From Lama guanicoe (lineage: Eukaryota), in contig MU054187.1 of NCBI GenBank assembly GCA_013239625.1, positions 8,404,358 through 8,468,357 on the forward strand: a stretch of DNA of 64,000 nt. Reading direction: 5' to 3'. This document shows, in pieces, positions 39,301 to 53,400 of this stretch (the first letter of the stretch is position 1; every line of letters begins with the position of its first letter). Below the pieces are notes generated by a model. It was not told the origin of the DNA. It worked only from the letters and a program-made list of their open reading frames with translations, and did not search any database. Both the position numbers and the translations under genes were made by a program.

Positions 39301-42300
39301 TTCCTGCAACTTAGTTGTTTATCAATTAAAGTGATAAATACAAGCGACTTTGATCACCCAGGAAACGCATGATGCAGCGAAGCCGCCCCTAGGAGCCCTG
39401 CAGTAAGAACTGCCCGCAAAGTTCAACAACTGTGAAGGAACTATTACAGAGGACGCACGAACAAGTGACCTTGACTGACAAATGCACTTCACTCCAGCAA
39501 TAAACAGGGCGGTGCTGATAACTGTTCATTGGCGCAGGGAGTAATTACCTATCTGTCAGCGTTGCTGGTGTGTGCGAAATGGTATAAATGAAACATACAT
39601 AATGTACAGCAATAATACCGGGCATGCAGAACCTAATGTGTTATCACCGTCCTCAGGACCCAGGTTTATACGGCTGCCACCACTGAGTAAATGCCTCCAA
39701 GCCATGATAATCTCATTCTAATCTCTGTTCCATATTATAATTTTCATGGCTAAAGGATGCTGAGGAGCAATACGTTTCAATCAAGGGCTAAATAGAACAC
39801 AACCTGTAACTGGGTATTTTATACACCTGTATGTATTTTTTTTTCTTTCAAAAAATTTAGTCAATTTATGAAGAGACTGGAATAAGCTGTAAATTTACGG
39901 GTGACAAACCCTGTCTGTGCCAATGTCACCATGCCGGAGGTGGGCTGAAAGGGGCTTATGAAAGGCTCGGGAGCTTTTGTCCTTCATTTCTTTCAACAAT
40001 TCTCTTATTCAACAAGATTCTGTCTTATACAGTGTTTTCTATTCTGTTCCAAGATACAAGGTAAAAATGCATTTTTCTGAGCAAAATAAAAGACAGCCCC
40101 TATTCGACAGGAGAACAAGAATCATCTCGTTTCTGAGATAAAGTATCTTGATTTGCATGATCTGCTTAACTACATAACAGAAGCATGGAAAAACTTCCCC
40201 CCACCATGATGCTCTACTAGTCATGTAAAACTGCCTGGCTCTTGCACGCTTGTTGTGCGCTCCCTTTCATGCACATGAAATTTGATGACACCTCTAAATC
40301 ACATTTAAAAACCACACAAAAGAAACCAGGAAAGTCTCCAGTAATGGTTACACCATCAGGATAAACCCCTTGTCTCAAGGAGGAAGCATCAGAAAACCTC
40401 ATAGTTAGCAGAGTGAATAAGAGAAAGCAGAACATCCCAAACTGAGAAACAGCAGTTGGTCAACCAGCTCTGTCACTCAGGAGGGGAAGAGGACGTATGA
40501 CTATTGAGAAAATGTACTGGCACATTTGACTGTTTTAATCTAGTCCTCTTATCGTTACAGCAAGAGTGCATATTTCGGAAATTTTAGAGATGATTGAACT
40601 AGTAATTAAAGCAGGAGTCTGTCTTTTTAAAGAAGCATTTTAATTGATTGTTCAATGTCACATTTTAAAACACACGCATGACTTTAACTTTGGAAGGACT
40701 TCGTCTTCACTTATTTACTTCTAGTTTGCTGCTTTCTCAAAGCAGTTTTCTAAAATTGATATTGCAGTTGATCAACGAAGTCCTGATAGGAGGTCAGGCA
40801 ACGCGGAGAAACAGCTCACGTTTCTCTTCAGGGTATCCTTTTGTGCTCTACGTTTTTCTTTTTGTAGTCCCAGCCAGGAGAGAAAGCAATTAAAAAAATG
40901 AACTCATACTAAGTGGTTAGGAATAGGATAGATGAACTTTCAGGGAAGCACGTCTATTTTAAAGAGGAGGCAAGGCGGATATAATCCTTAAAATGGAGAA
41001 ATACAAAGACATTGAGTAGCTTGTCCATTGTATCTATGCGTCATCCTACTGGATTGTATGGTGGCCCAATGCAGAAAAGATTTTACCCAATTTTAAGGCG
41101 TGCAATCACACTAGGTATTTCAGGATAGCCTATCAAAAGGCGTATCTGGTAGACAAACAATACCTATAAGTTCCACAGACAGATCTTAATCATTGCAGCA
41201 GGTTCCCTGTTTGATTCATATGAAACACTCCTACTCAAGTCTTTCTTGATGTGCAGCATTATATGTGTTGTCCAAGTAGGTTTAAGAATATAGTATTTAT
41301 CAGAACATAGAACATTGTCAGGAAAAGGTATTATCCTGTTTCATCGATTCGAAGAACAACAGCACATTTTTTTTACATCCTACCTCTTTGAAACAGCTTC
41401 TCATAGTCTCTGCCACCTTTCATAAGAGCAAGAGTCCTCCAGCATAAAAGTGTCTTAGATTTGATTCTTGACTCTGCATTCAATGAAATACAGTGTTTCC
41501 TGCTAGTCTGGCTTTGAGGAACATCTGTTACATGTTTATCTTAAAACAGCCCTGCTTATGGTCACATCTTAACAAAATATCCAAATGAGTAATGTATTTC
41601 CTCTGTGTTGATATATAGATGATGTCTGTGTGACACACACACAAAAAAAAAAATCGGCTAGTTAATTGATTGAATCAAACAACTATTTGATTTAATGGGG
41701 AAAAAATCAACTGAAGTTAAGTCATTCTGCTGACTGTATTAGGACCATATGGACCTTGCACTGGATGTATTGAGGCATTTACCTCTGTGGCCTGCTCCAT
41801 AATTAAGCATGATCACATTTACTGGTGATTCTCCACCTAGGAATAGGGCAGAGAGCCAAGGGACTCACTCATCTCCGGCTCCAGCAAGGGGACAAGTGAC
41901 TTTCTCTCTCCAGCTGAGAAGCACTGCCCTAGGGGCCAAGTGTGTCCGGTGGGGTGTGTCTTGTCACTCTGGTGTGTTAGGGTGGTAAAAATATTGAAAA
42001 CCAGTGGAGAGTATAATCTGCATAATTCAAAACAAGTTGGGGCAGAGGGAGACCACCTTTTCATAATTTTCCCAAATAACCCCAAGGATATTTATCTGCA
42101 AATATGATTAGAATCCAAGTAGTTTACTGCCTCCTTATACACCAGAAAATTGCTATTGCATTTCACAGCCATTATTCTCAATGCCTAAAATCTCACTTTT
42201 TTCAATGAATATGTGTAGAGCAAATGAAAGCATCAATGAGTGAATGAATGCTGTTCTCCACATCAGGTTAGTTCTTTTAGAAGAACATACATCCTAATTA

Positions 42301-44922
42301 TGATGTTGCAAAACTCATGCCTAATAGAAAATCTCAAAATGTCGAGCACAAAGTACTTTCTCTATTATGTTCTTTGGTGGTATTAAAATTGGGGGGGGGG
42401 TAATGGAATTATTTAGGATTGATGGTTTTGCAGTTAAAGTACACTTTTAAATCAGAAATTAACTTTTAATATATGGCTTGGTGATAATACTGAGGTATGT
42501 AAAGTGTAGTTGCCTTCTTATAGGCAATATACTTGATTAATTTTGAACCATTTAACAGTGAAAGATTAATTAAGAATTTCACCCAGTACAGGCCATCTTT
42601 CTTTTCCAATTACATTCCTTTAGAGCCACTATAACTGTTTTAATAATTGTACTGAAAATGCTAGAAAGTATCAAGATAATACAATGATTCAGCAAGAACA
42701 ATAAAATTTAGGAACGTGGCACTTGGATACTTGAAGCATTTAATACTGTGGTGTATATATAAGCTTTCTGAACTCCGACAGTTATTATAACCCAAGAGGT
42801 CTAGAATCAGTCTGAAATTTTTATTTATAGAAGAATTACTTTTTATTAAATACCTACTTGAAAATATCTTGCTAGAAAAAGAAAACAGTATCGAGAACTC
42901 CTCTAACTGATGCTAGCAGATTTCAAACCTACGATAACATTTTCTCTGAAGATATATTCAGTAGGACTGTCGTGGAAACTAAAGTATATCTTATACAGCT
43001 ATAAACTTGACCCTGACTCGAGGAAATCTTAGAGTGCAAAGGTGACGCTGAAGTTAGAGTTCATGGTAAGACTGACCGTGAGACTGAGTACAGTGTGCTA
43101 ATATCGAGTACACTCATTTTAATTGAGGTGCTGTTTTATACTCTTAAGCTAGGCAGATAGTTGTCCTCTGAATAATCATTCTTCTTATATACTCACTCCC
43201 TATATACTATCACTACATTATTAGTCATTTAAATATGTGACTTCTGATCTGTCCAACTTTGGTAATCAGGATCCTAATTCTAATGGAACAGAAATAGTTG
43301 TCGAAAGTTTATCAGTTATGAAACTTTCCTTCACTTATTTGGTTTCTGATGAACACGTTGCAGCAAGAAATCCTGGTTGCTTTAGGACAATGGAAGTAAG
43401 TTCTTGTTCTAAATAATAAGAACTCTAATGTTCTTATCGACTGGAATTAATCAGGTCCATTTCAATCCTGTATTACAAATATTAAAATAACCCCCAAAAA
43501 CCATGATGTTGCTTAACAGAGAGGCTGTCCAACATCACCACCAAGAACACGCTTTCAAGGAAGATCCGGCCCTAGCTAATCATATTACACGTGTCTCACC
43601 TCTTTGAATTGCATCTCTACAGTAGTGCAGTAACAGTAATGTCTCGGTGGCACCCAGTAAGCCCTCTAGAAATGAGAGCAAAGATTATTAACAGAAAAAC
43701 ATTTTCTTAAAAGAAGGTATTTAGATCACTATCAAAAGCAGAACTGAGCAATTTATCTACTTAATGCCATCAAGCAGCTCACAGAATCAGAATTTATATG
43801 AGACACTGAATGATTCAGCTTTAAACAATAAAGCATTAGTATGCATTTAGAGTCTACACCTGAGTAACTCAAAATGCATATGCTGTGCAACATATGTGTG
43901 TACCAAACAGCCTTCAAGACAGAAAATGAAAACCTCAGAGTTCCGCTAAGATAATGCTTTCATCCTTAATGGAGTTCATTTTCATTTAGTTTCGAGGGTC
44001 CTTAGAGGCCACCAAAATGAATATCCGAGCCAACATTATTTCCCAAATTCCAGAGTCTGTTATCTATTTCAACATATTTGATTCAAGTCCACGTTCCCCC
44101 GATAACAGGCTGATATGCTTCCTGAAGTCATCTCCGGGTGAAAGTTCTTTTCTAGGCAAAAGTGCAAACCAAGTGGGTTTATTGGGACTGAAGAGTCATC
44201 TCTTCCCCTTCTGAGTGAACAGAGACCTCACAAACCAGATCAGACCAGCAAAGCTGTTTTAAAACTTTAATACATTCTACTGCGAACATGGCTTGTCATC
44301 AACAGCTAATCACTGGGAATGGAATTCAGCTGTCATCTGAAATGAGCCGTCTCCCCAGGCAAGTCCTCTACTGAAGGGTCAGTTATTGCCCAGTTATACT
44401 AGTAAACAGTTTCACCAGAACATTAACATTTTCCTCTTAACTTAGTATTTTTTTAATTTTTCTTAGACTCCACCTTGTTTTTCTAAAGGCTTAAAATCCA
44501 AAATCAAATGTAAAATTCTCTCTACTCTGACTGATGATGAACTCTGGACTTCTGAAGAAGGTTTCATTGGTAAATATACATAGGAAATTGGATGGGGCTA
44601 TTTTTTATAATTCACTCTCACAGTAAAACTGGGAAGAGGGAGCTGTATCTAGGGCGGATGATGGGCAGTGCTGGGAGGAAGGGACGTAGAGGGGAGATGC
44701 ACTGGGAATCAGAAACGCTAATGACAATTCTAATCCTGCCAGGTTTGCTGTTGCAACATCCAAATAAGTGCAGTGGCCTCTGGGAACACTGACTATGAGC
44801 GGAAAGAGGCAACGGAACTGCTCTTTCCTTCCTTGTCTGATTGTATGTCAGTCTGTCTCCATACCAAGGACTGAGTATACAGATGCTAGACAACAGAGCA
44901 CGAATCTTACCTAAACATTGCC

Positions 44923-45175
44923 TTTTTTTTTTTTTAACTGAAGTTCAGTCAGTTTCGATGTGTCAATTTCTGGTGTACAACACAATGTCCCAGACATGCA
45001 TATGCATACATATATTCCTTTTCATCAAAGGTTATTACAAGACCTTGAATATAGTTCCTTGTGCTATACAGAAGAAATTTGTTTTTTATCTATTTTTATA
45101 AATAGTGGTTAACATTTGCAAATCTCAGACTCCCAAATTTATCCCTTCGCACCTCTTTTCCCTGGTAACCATAAA
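44923..45175 (-). mobile_element. Young 5'-truncated L1 3' end, Cetartiodactyla/camelid type
   Basis: Poly(T) followed by AACTGAAGTTCAGTCAG...TGTGTCAATTTCTGGTGTACA...GAATATAGTTCCTTGTGCTATACAGAAGAAA...TTGCAAATCTCAGACTCCCAAATTTATCCC...GGTAACCATAA. Imperfect flank duplication TAAACATTG/TAAACACTG. Confidence 0.85.
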
Positions 45176-47039
45176 ATTAAACACTGAGTCTTGAGTATAA
45201 ACTCGAGCTAACCTGTTTACCTCATTTAGGATCACAAAATATTTAAATGAAAGCGTGGCTTTCCTCTCTGAAGTTTACCGAGCTGGGAGGTTCTATGATG
45301 ACATCTTCTGCTCTCTCCTTTGCCCCCATTGCTGCCACCAGTTCACCCTACTCGACAAGTCATCCTTCTTTCATTTTCATGACCAGCTGATACCCCACCA
45401 ACTTTTCTTTGGTACTTTTTAAAAACTTATTTATCACTATTTTGTTGTACATGACATCTTTAAGGAAAGAAGTCTCCCATGAAAAACCCAAAGGCATGAA
45501 TAAAACACATTTAAAGGGTATAATAGCAACACAGGAGTCCTAGGCAGACTAGACCTTTCAGCTTTGGTTTACATTCTGTGCGAGAGCCTCCCATTTAACC
45601 ATTTGAGGACCAATGCTGAAGAGTTTCTAGAAGGTGACTGGAACAATGCAAAATAATAAAATCACTATTTTATTTTATATAATAGAGGTAACTCTTTTTT
45701 TTTAATTAAAGAAGAACTGAGAACAAAAATGTATACACAAAGTTTAGAAGATATTTTGTGGTTACTGAAACATGAGACCTCCACGTCGATCCTCAGGGGC
45801 TCAGCTACAGCTCTGAAACAAAGTTTAACTTACAATTATTTTTCTGAATTAATGTTTTACTCAGAATTCATTATTTTTTGAAATACTTAAAAACAGTCTG
45901 CATTCTTGAAAGTAGACATGTATATAATACATGCGTTCTGATCTAGTAACTATTCCACACTAAAAGTATTAGTCATTAAAATCACAGCCCATGTAAGCAA
46001 AGTCACAGTCAAAAATATTTACATAAACTTTTCCTTCAAATAAAGCTTGAAGATATTTGTGAATGTGTGTGTGTGTGAGAGAGACTGCAGAACTGAATAT
46101 GAATTTACATTCAAGTAATGCCCGCACTACTACTCAGAATGTGTGTAGATGTACCAGTGGAATGGTGAAATTATTAAGAAACTAGAGTTCTGGAACTTGC
46201 AAGGCTGTTCCTAAACACCTGGACTGCTTTCTGTGTTCCTTATTTTCACTGAGTATTTTACAAAGAATGAAGCCGTTCTCAAGGGTATTAAAAGGGAGAT
46301 ACCTTGGGGCTAGTCTGGTCAAAACCGTAATTTGTGTCACGAGCACAAAAAAGGAGACACGGTCTAAACAATGAGTGGCATCCTCAAAGAAGAAAAAAGA
46401 AATTATTCGCTTAGCAAGTACTCCCCCCAGAGCACTTAAGACTGTTGAAAGTTAAGCACAATAAACAGCAAAGGATTCAGTTCTCAGTTAGTTTCACCAT
46501 GATGATTTTTATTTTTCATGAGATATCTCACCTCACACTTCACCACTGGGGAGTAATTTATTTTAGTCTGATTTCAGGACTGATTAGGTCATGCCAGAGT
46601 TATTTGGCCGACATTTTTCTACAGACCGTACCAAACTGCGTCCTATCAGATAACGGGGTTCAGGTCATTTTTCTGAGGGTATTGTTCAAGCAGTAGGCAA
46701 TCACAGCAGAGTCAGTCAATGACTGCATGCAGGGCACTGCTCCTCTCTGAAACTTGTGGTGGCTTCTTCCCCTGAACGCCAAAGTTCTTTCACGTGGAGT
46801 CTGAGGCAACTACTCTCTGGCCCCAACCTTCTTTTAAAACACAATCACGAATCCCCAAAGACCAGTCAGACAACTTTTGCTCACATGCTTGCCTTTGCTC
46901 AGGCACTGTTTCAAGTCCAACCTACCCGTTTTTCAAGGTCAAATGCCGCTTCTCTTTCGGGTGTTCATTCATCACTGATTCATGGAGTAAATTCTGTCTA
47001 GGCAGTTCCTATGTGCCAGGCACCGTGTTCGGCACTTTC

Positions 47040-47285
47040 TTTCTTCAACCGTTCTTACGTTCCCCATTCCTCTGATCTTAGCTGGACGCAATCTTGCTTT
47101 TCCCTGAATGCTGCCAGCACTCTGAGCTCAGTTGGGAGACTTACCATATTTAGAATCAGAAACTTGCTTCATCCATCATCGTACCTGGCACATCTATCAC
47201 CTGCTTCATCTATCCCCGTACCTGGCCCACAGTACCTGGCACATAGTAGGAGCTCAATACATTTATGAATGGATCAATCAATGGT
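47040..47285 (+). mobile_element. L2 3' end
   Basis: CCCCGTACCTGGCCCACAGTACCTGGCACATAGTAGGAGCTCAATACATTTATGAATGGA. Confidence 0.75.
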
Positions 47286-49479
47286 TTAGTTACAGATCAA
47301 TATATAAATACAAAGCAGCTAGTAAAATATAGATAGATACTATATATAGATATTTATTTGTAAGATATTTATATGGTTCTATATAATATATATGTAAGCA
47401 TAAAGCACCTTTTAAAAATAGATAAAATACCTTGCTTTCAAATTAAGCTTAACAGCACATTAACACATATCTTTTCTTAAAAATACCTTCTCCGCCATCG
47501 TAACAAACTGCACATATAGAAACAAGCACATTACAGATTGCCCATTTCCCTTTTATAGTTTTAGAAGGGGGAGGGGAGACATGAGGCTGCAGGGAGGGGT
47601 GGACCAAAAGTTCCACCTTTCAAATCTTTGAAAGTTTAATTCACCAGAAGACAAAGCTAGAGGTGCTAGGAAACTTCAGCTCGAGGGAAGTTTCTGTCCT
47701 CTCCACAAAGAGACAGAGAGAGGTCTGCTACAGCTCCTCGAACAGCAGAATCACTGCAAACCAGCTCTCTGTTTTTACACACTACACAGCTGAGTGGAAG
47801 TGATTTTGCAGCTGCACCGAAGCCTGCTGGCATCTCTGTGGACCTGCAGCCCCACCAATCAATGCAGATCAGCCCGTCCCCTCTGCTCTCTGGGAAGGGG
47901 CACACGGAGGCACTACAAAGAGGTGAGGTGTCACAGAAGGCTGTCTGGATCTTGTCATCTGTCATTCTCTTAAAGGAGCCCCTGCCTTAGAGAAGGAAGC
48001 CAAAGTCTGCGAAAAGGACCCCCACACGCATCTCCACTGACCATTCTAATCTTGTCTCCCTTCCACTTTTAGTTAGATCTTTGGAAAGCTAGCTAAGAGG
48101 GGCCTTTGCTGTTCAGTAAGGCTGAAATACTAGAAGGCACTCTTGTAAAGGTTATTTTAAATTCCCAGTATTCTTATACTATGCCTTTTTTAAAAAAATA
48201 ACATAGAATTTGATTTGAATCTTCCAAATAAGCCTTGCTCAGCAAGCCAGCTATCTGCTCAGCCATCAGACCAGCAACGCTCACTGCAATTTACAATATG
48301 CAACCTAGCATGTGCTAATAGTCTTACAGCACTGTCAACAATGCAGACTGAAAATTACTTTTGTCTTGGTGACTATGTCTCATTTCCATAAATACTTTTA
48401 AACAATGATTTTATGGCCATCCTTACTTTTCTGTACTATTATTATTCTACACCTCCTAGAATTCTTTTGAGGACAAAAAGAGATTAAGAACTTCTCAGAA
48501 CACCTAACAGAGCCCCAGCAGATGCTGATAATTCAGGAAATCACAGCTCACAGCAGCAGCAACATACGTAGCAGCAGCTCTTAGCTGGCTTTTCTTTTGC
48601 AATTAAAACTCTTCTTGCAATTCATACCCTGGAACTCTAAAAAAAGAGGAATCCAATTTCTATCTATAATAATAGCACTCTCACAAACAAAAATACAGAT
48701 ACATCAGCAACCCTTTCTAAAAACACTTCTCTGGAACTAGCCATTTTCAGCAGCACTGATACTCTGGAGCTCCGAACACAGAACAAGCTGGTCAGCCCAA
48801 GGGCAACTTTTCTCCCATTAACTCAATACTAGAACCATTATGTCACTTTAAAAGCGGGAAGATAAATATAGAGTCATAATTTTGTAATATGGTATATATT
48901 ATCACCACTTGATTGTGCATTTTGATTTTTCATTTTGAAAGGACTTTGTTTCGCTCATGTCTTAGCTCCAGCTGTGGACTGGTACATTATAGCCAATTGG
49001 GATACATTTGTTGAATAAATGCTTGAATTGTTATAAAAATAGATAACATTTTCCTCCTAATGATTGATATATATATTTTAATAATACTGACATTTTCTTA
49101 AACATTGTGAGGCCAAGAGAGAATAATCACAGAGAAAAGAAAATTCAGTATAAGGGAGTACACTTTGGTTAAACATCCATACAAACACATGGGAAAGATC
49201 CCAGCAGATTCTACGGAACTTTGCATATAATCCTATCAGTGCATATCACTGCCTGATAACATTTTATGTCTACATTGATCTTCTGAACTGTAAGTTCCTT
49301 GAGGATTCTTACTCATCTTAACCATGTCAGAAGAATTCAATAAAATATTAGCTGGATGAATGGATAAAATAGAGACTGGATTAATAAATTTAATTAATAA
49401 TTAATCACCATCAAATAAAAATTATCAGTGTGTTGTATGAGATTTGTCAAATGATCTTTCCAGGAACCAAACTTACAAA

Positions 49480-50105
49480 GCTTAAAAGCAAGCTTCAGAT
49501 CAATCGCAACGACCAAGAAGCTTCACTAATAGTGTCAGGACAAAGTCCAACACTATTAAAAAGAAATACAACACTCCAAAATAAAGTCTTCAATGTCCAG
49601 CATGGGAAAGAGCTATTGGGCAAGCAAAGAAGTAGGAAAATACAGAAAAAGTCAATCAATAAAAGCTGCCACAAAAATACCAGAGAGAGAATAAAATTAG
49701 CAGGCAAGGATGTTAAGTATGCTCTACCTGTTCAAGAACATCGAAGAAAACATGAACTTGAATTGAGAAAGAAATGGGAGACTGAAAAAAATGGAAATTT
49801 TAGAGAAGAAGAATCAGATACCTGAAATGAAACTATATCTGAAATGAGATCAACAGCAGATTACATTAGATACTGCAGAAGAAAAGATCAGTCAACATGA
49901 AGAAACAGCAATCTAAAAAGAAAAAAAAAAGGTATAAAAGACTTAAAAGAAATAATAGTAGTAATGACCTGTGGGACAATATAAAGCAGCCGAAGCAATG
50001 CAACTGATTGGAATTCCAAAAGGAGGGGGGAAAGAGAGGCAGACAAAAGCATTTTCAAGGAATAATGGCCCAAATTTTTCCAGATTTGATCAAAATAATA
50101 AACTC
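49480..50105 (+). mobile_element. Old L1 5'/ORF1 remnant
   Basis: A-rich. GAGATCAACAGCAGATT...AGATACTGCAGAAGAAAAGATCAGT...GACCTGTGGGACAATATAAAGCAG...TTGGAATTCCAAAAGGAG...GAATAATGGCCCAAATTTTTCCAGATTTGAT corresponds to the L1 ORF1 coiled-coil/RRM region. Confidence 0.85.
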
Positions 50106-50184
50106 ATGAATTCTCTGTCTTTACATTAGGCTAACTCATAGAAATTGCATATTGGAGATATAAAAACTTGGCTAGATAATTTTA

Positions 50185-50425
50185 AAATAATTGCACTTAT
50201 ATGGCACCAACCATATGGCAGACCCTGTTCTAAGCCTTCACAGGGAGTAACCACATAATCCTCACAACCTGAGGAGGCAGGAGCTCTCGTTTCTCCATTT
50301 TACAGATAAGGACACCGACTCCCAGGAATATTAGTATGCTCAACATAGCCCGACTCTTACGTGGGTCCACGACTCAAACCTATAAGGTCTGGCTTCAGCA
50401 TCTAAGCTCCTAGTCACTATACTTT
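50185..50425 (-). mobile_element. MIR SINE
   Basis: ATGGCAGACCCTGTTCTAAGCC...AATCCTCACAACC...CCATTTTACAGATAAGGACACCGA. Confidence 0.8.
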
Positions 50426-53400
50426 ATGTGGCCTCTGTTCCATCTGTGCAAGGGACAGACATTAATGCTTTAAGATTCAAACTTGAGCCAGAAGTGCCCA
50501 TTTTTATACTAAACATGATTTTAAAAAACAATTCAATTGTGATTTTAATAAATAGTGTCAATTTACCCCTTGTCACTCAAGATCCAGAATTATGTCAACA
50601 AATGTGTGCAAATTCATAACCAAACTGGCAAAAAGACCGTGAACACGTTACCATTGAAATCACTGTGACCCGGCATTTGGCCACTGACTAAATCAGCAGG
50701 AAGACTGCGTGTCCGGAAGAATGAGCACCTGTGATTTTCTGAAGTCATATTTAAAAAGAAAACCAAGAGACTCCAAATACCAGAGTTGTCAGCAACTTGA
50801 TTCCTTCTAGTAGGAATCGGAGGGTTCTTGCTGACACATGTGGCCTCTGTTTGTCCTTTGTCACATATGTGCTTCCCCTGCAAACTGTCAGTGACTTGTC
50901 AGAATTGATCAGGAAGTCTAAGGTCATTCCTCAGTGACAGACAGATCTGGACACGACAGCGTCCCAGTTCTGGTTCTGTGTCACATACCGTATGAAAACT
51001 GATGTCCCCATCACTCCACTCTCAGGACAAATAGCTGCATACGATGATGATGAGATTTTTAAAGGTTATAAAAGAAAGAGGATAAACTCAACATTTCTGC
51101 ATATTTTAAACAAATATTTAACCTAATAATGCAGAGAGCAAAGATCTCTTGTAAAAAGATGTAGAATCCTTACATATGAATAAAGCTGGGGCGCTCCTTG
51201 TTTGGGGATGCATACATTAAACAACCAAATGCAGGAATAAGGAAGGAGGAGACTTCGGTAAAAGACCTGAGACTCTAACGCCTCTCAGGGCCTCCAACTC
51301 ACTAATTACAGGCTAGAATTCTGGAAGCATCTTTGTACCTTTCCAACATATCTACTTTGAAATTTGGTAGAAATGAGGATTTGTGTTACTCTTCAAAGGC
51401 CATTATTTAAAGAAAACAAAAAAAACAAATAACAGTGGGCATCTTAATACTTAGACTGTCCTTTCTGGAAGAGAAAAATGCTGGAAAATTTTTGATAGTA
51501 AGTAAAAAAAAGTTGGACACCATGGAAATATATTGAGACAACAGCTGGAATCTTACTGAGGAAGAGACAGCTGTGCACATGGTTATAAACTATGTACTGT
51601 ATTCTTCAAAGGAAAAAAGGGAGATAAAAGGACACTCTTTGGATCATTTACACCAATCAGCCACCACCACCTAAGTTACCATCTCCGTAGACTTTCTAAC
51701 CCTCCTTCTGTCATTCCCTCACTGCCCCTCGTCCTTGCTGGTCACTTTATTCACTCTTTCATATCTTACCACAAGATGCAGAGAGAAGGAGGGGGGATTC
51801 CATTCTGCCGCAGTCCAGGATCCTGCCTCCATTTTCCCGTACTGCAGCCGTCGGGTTCACTGTAGGTCTGAAGTTAGCCAATGGTTGTGGGGTTGGGGGA
51901 AGTGTGCTGGAGCTTTTGGGGGCAGAGCGGTCTATTCCAGGCATGCAAGGTCCCTTGTAGAACTGCAGGTTCAGAGTGTGAGCTAATAGCTGCCACTTGT
52001 ATCTGTCTCAAATATATCACAGGTGGATTTTCCTTGGGGTAATGGGAAAGGTGAGCACGCGACGGATTCCCTCACGTGCCTACCTAACATTCCAGTGGCG
52101 AAGCACAGATGAGCAGAGTTACTCCTTCAAGGTCACCAGGGGTCCCATCTTTTGTATTACTACAATCACAATTTAAACAGTCACAGGATGCAGTGGCTTC
52201 CGAAGGGTTAAGTTAGTGTTGTATAATTTTGAGGTCACTGGGGCAGATTTTTAAGGAACTTCAACTCATGACAAATGGTGTTGGTAGGTTTGAGGACAAT
52301 GATGGGTACACAACAGATCATGTCCAACACTCAAAAAATTAGATGAAATAAGATTCCGAAGAATAAAAATTTGGAGAGAGCATATGAATATCATAGGGGT
52401 GAGCAAGCAACATTTATGACACTTGAGACGGTTCCGTGACTGTAAAATACCCTCCTCCCCTCACACACTCAAATATCCACCACTTAAAACATACTAAATT
52501 GTTAATCCTAAGATTTTCATTAAGACCCCACAAAGCAAAGCACAAACTACCTCCTCCTTAAACCACGTATGCAATAAATCAACAGCGCAGCGGACTCACA
52601 TATTGTTAAGTTAATTGTCTGTCAAGATATCAACAGTGTTGATTTCTAAAGAGAAGTCTACGATTTTAAAAGCCAAACTGAGCTGATCAGCTAGGACAGA
52701 TTGCTGCTTGTCTAAGTGACTTAGTTTGTGTGACAGAGCTACAAGCTGCCTTTGGGTTCACAAGTTCTTCAAAACCAAAGAGCCATGCTAATGGAAACCT
52801 TTTAAGCATAAAGCACCCAACAATCAGAGTTAAAGTTTTATTTATTGGCTTTGACCATCTACTTCTGTTATCAGCCATAAGGGCCCATACACTTCATCAA
52901 CCCCTAACAATAGCCGCAAGCTTGGACAATCTGTCTTGCGTCTTCATTGGGTGAGACTTCAATGGACCAGCGCGGATTAAAGAGCAGCCCACGCATAAAA
53001 TGGAAACTCATTAAAATAAACTTTCTCAAAGGGGGAAACTTCGGTTCCAATTGAACTCAACTGTTTTTATTTCCAAGATGAAAGGCCCATTACCCACTCA
53101 TACATTCATGTGATTTTGGCCTAAGTGCTTTCTATTTGACGACTTTAACTTTGGGTCCCTTCCCATGTCTTTTTGAAGGCTTTGGAAACATAATAGGAAT
53201 TCAGCCCTTATTGAGCCTGATTGGAACATAGTATCTGTGAACCTCTTAATAATACTTCAGGCCTTTATGGTTTAATTTGCAATGGTGTCCCTTTTGTCTG
53301 CCTTACTGGCCTTTAATCTAAAGTGCAATATACCCACTTTACATTTGTTTGCAGAAAAGCACTGAATGCCTAAGGATTTTTTAATGTGCCCATTAGAAAT

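Noticed and set aside
49430..49825. 131-aa lysine-rich ORF
   Set aside because: An A-rich L1 5'/ORF1 remnant, not a host gene.
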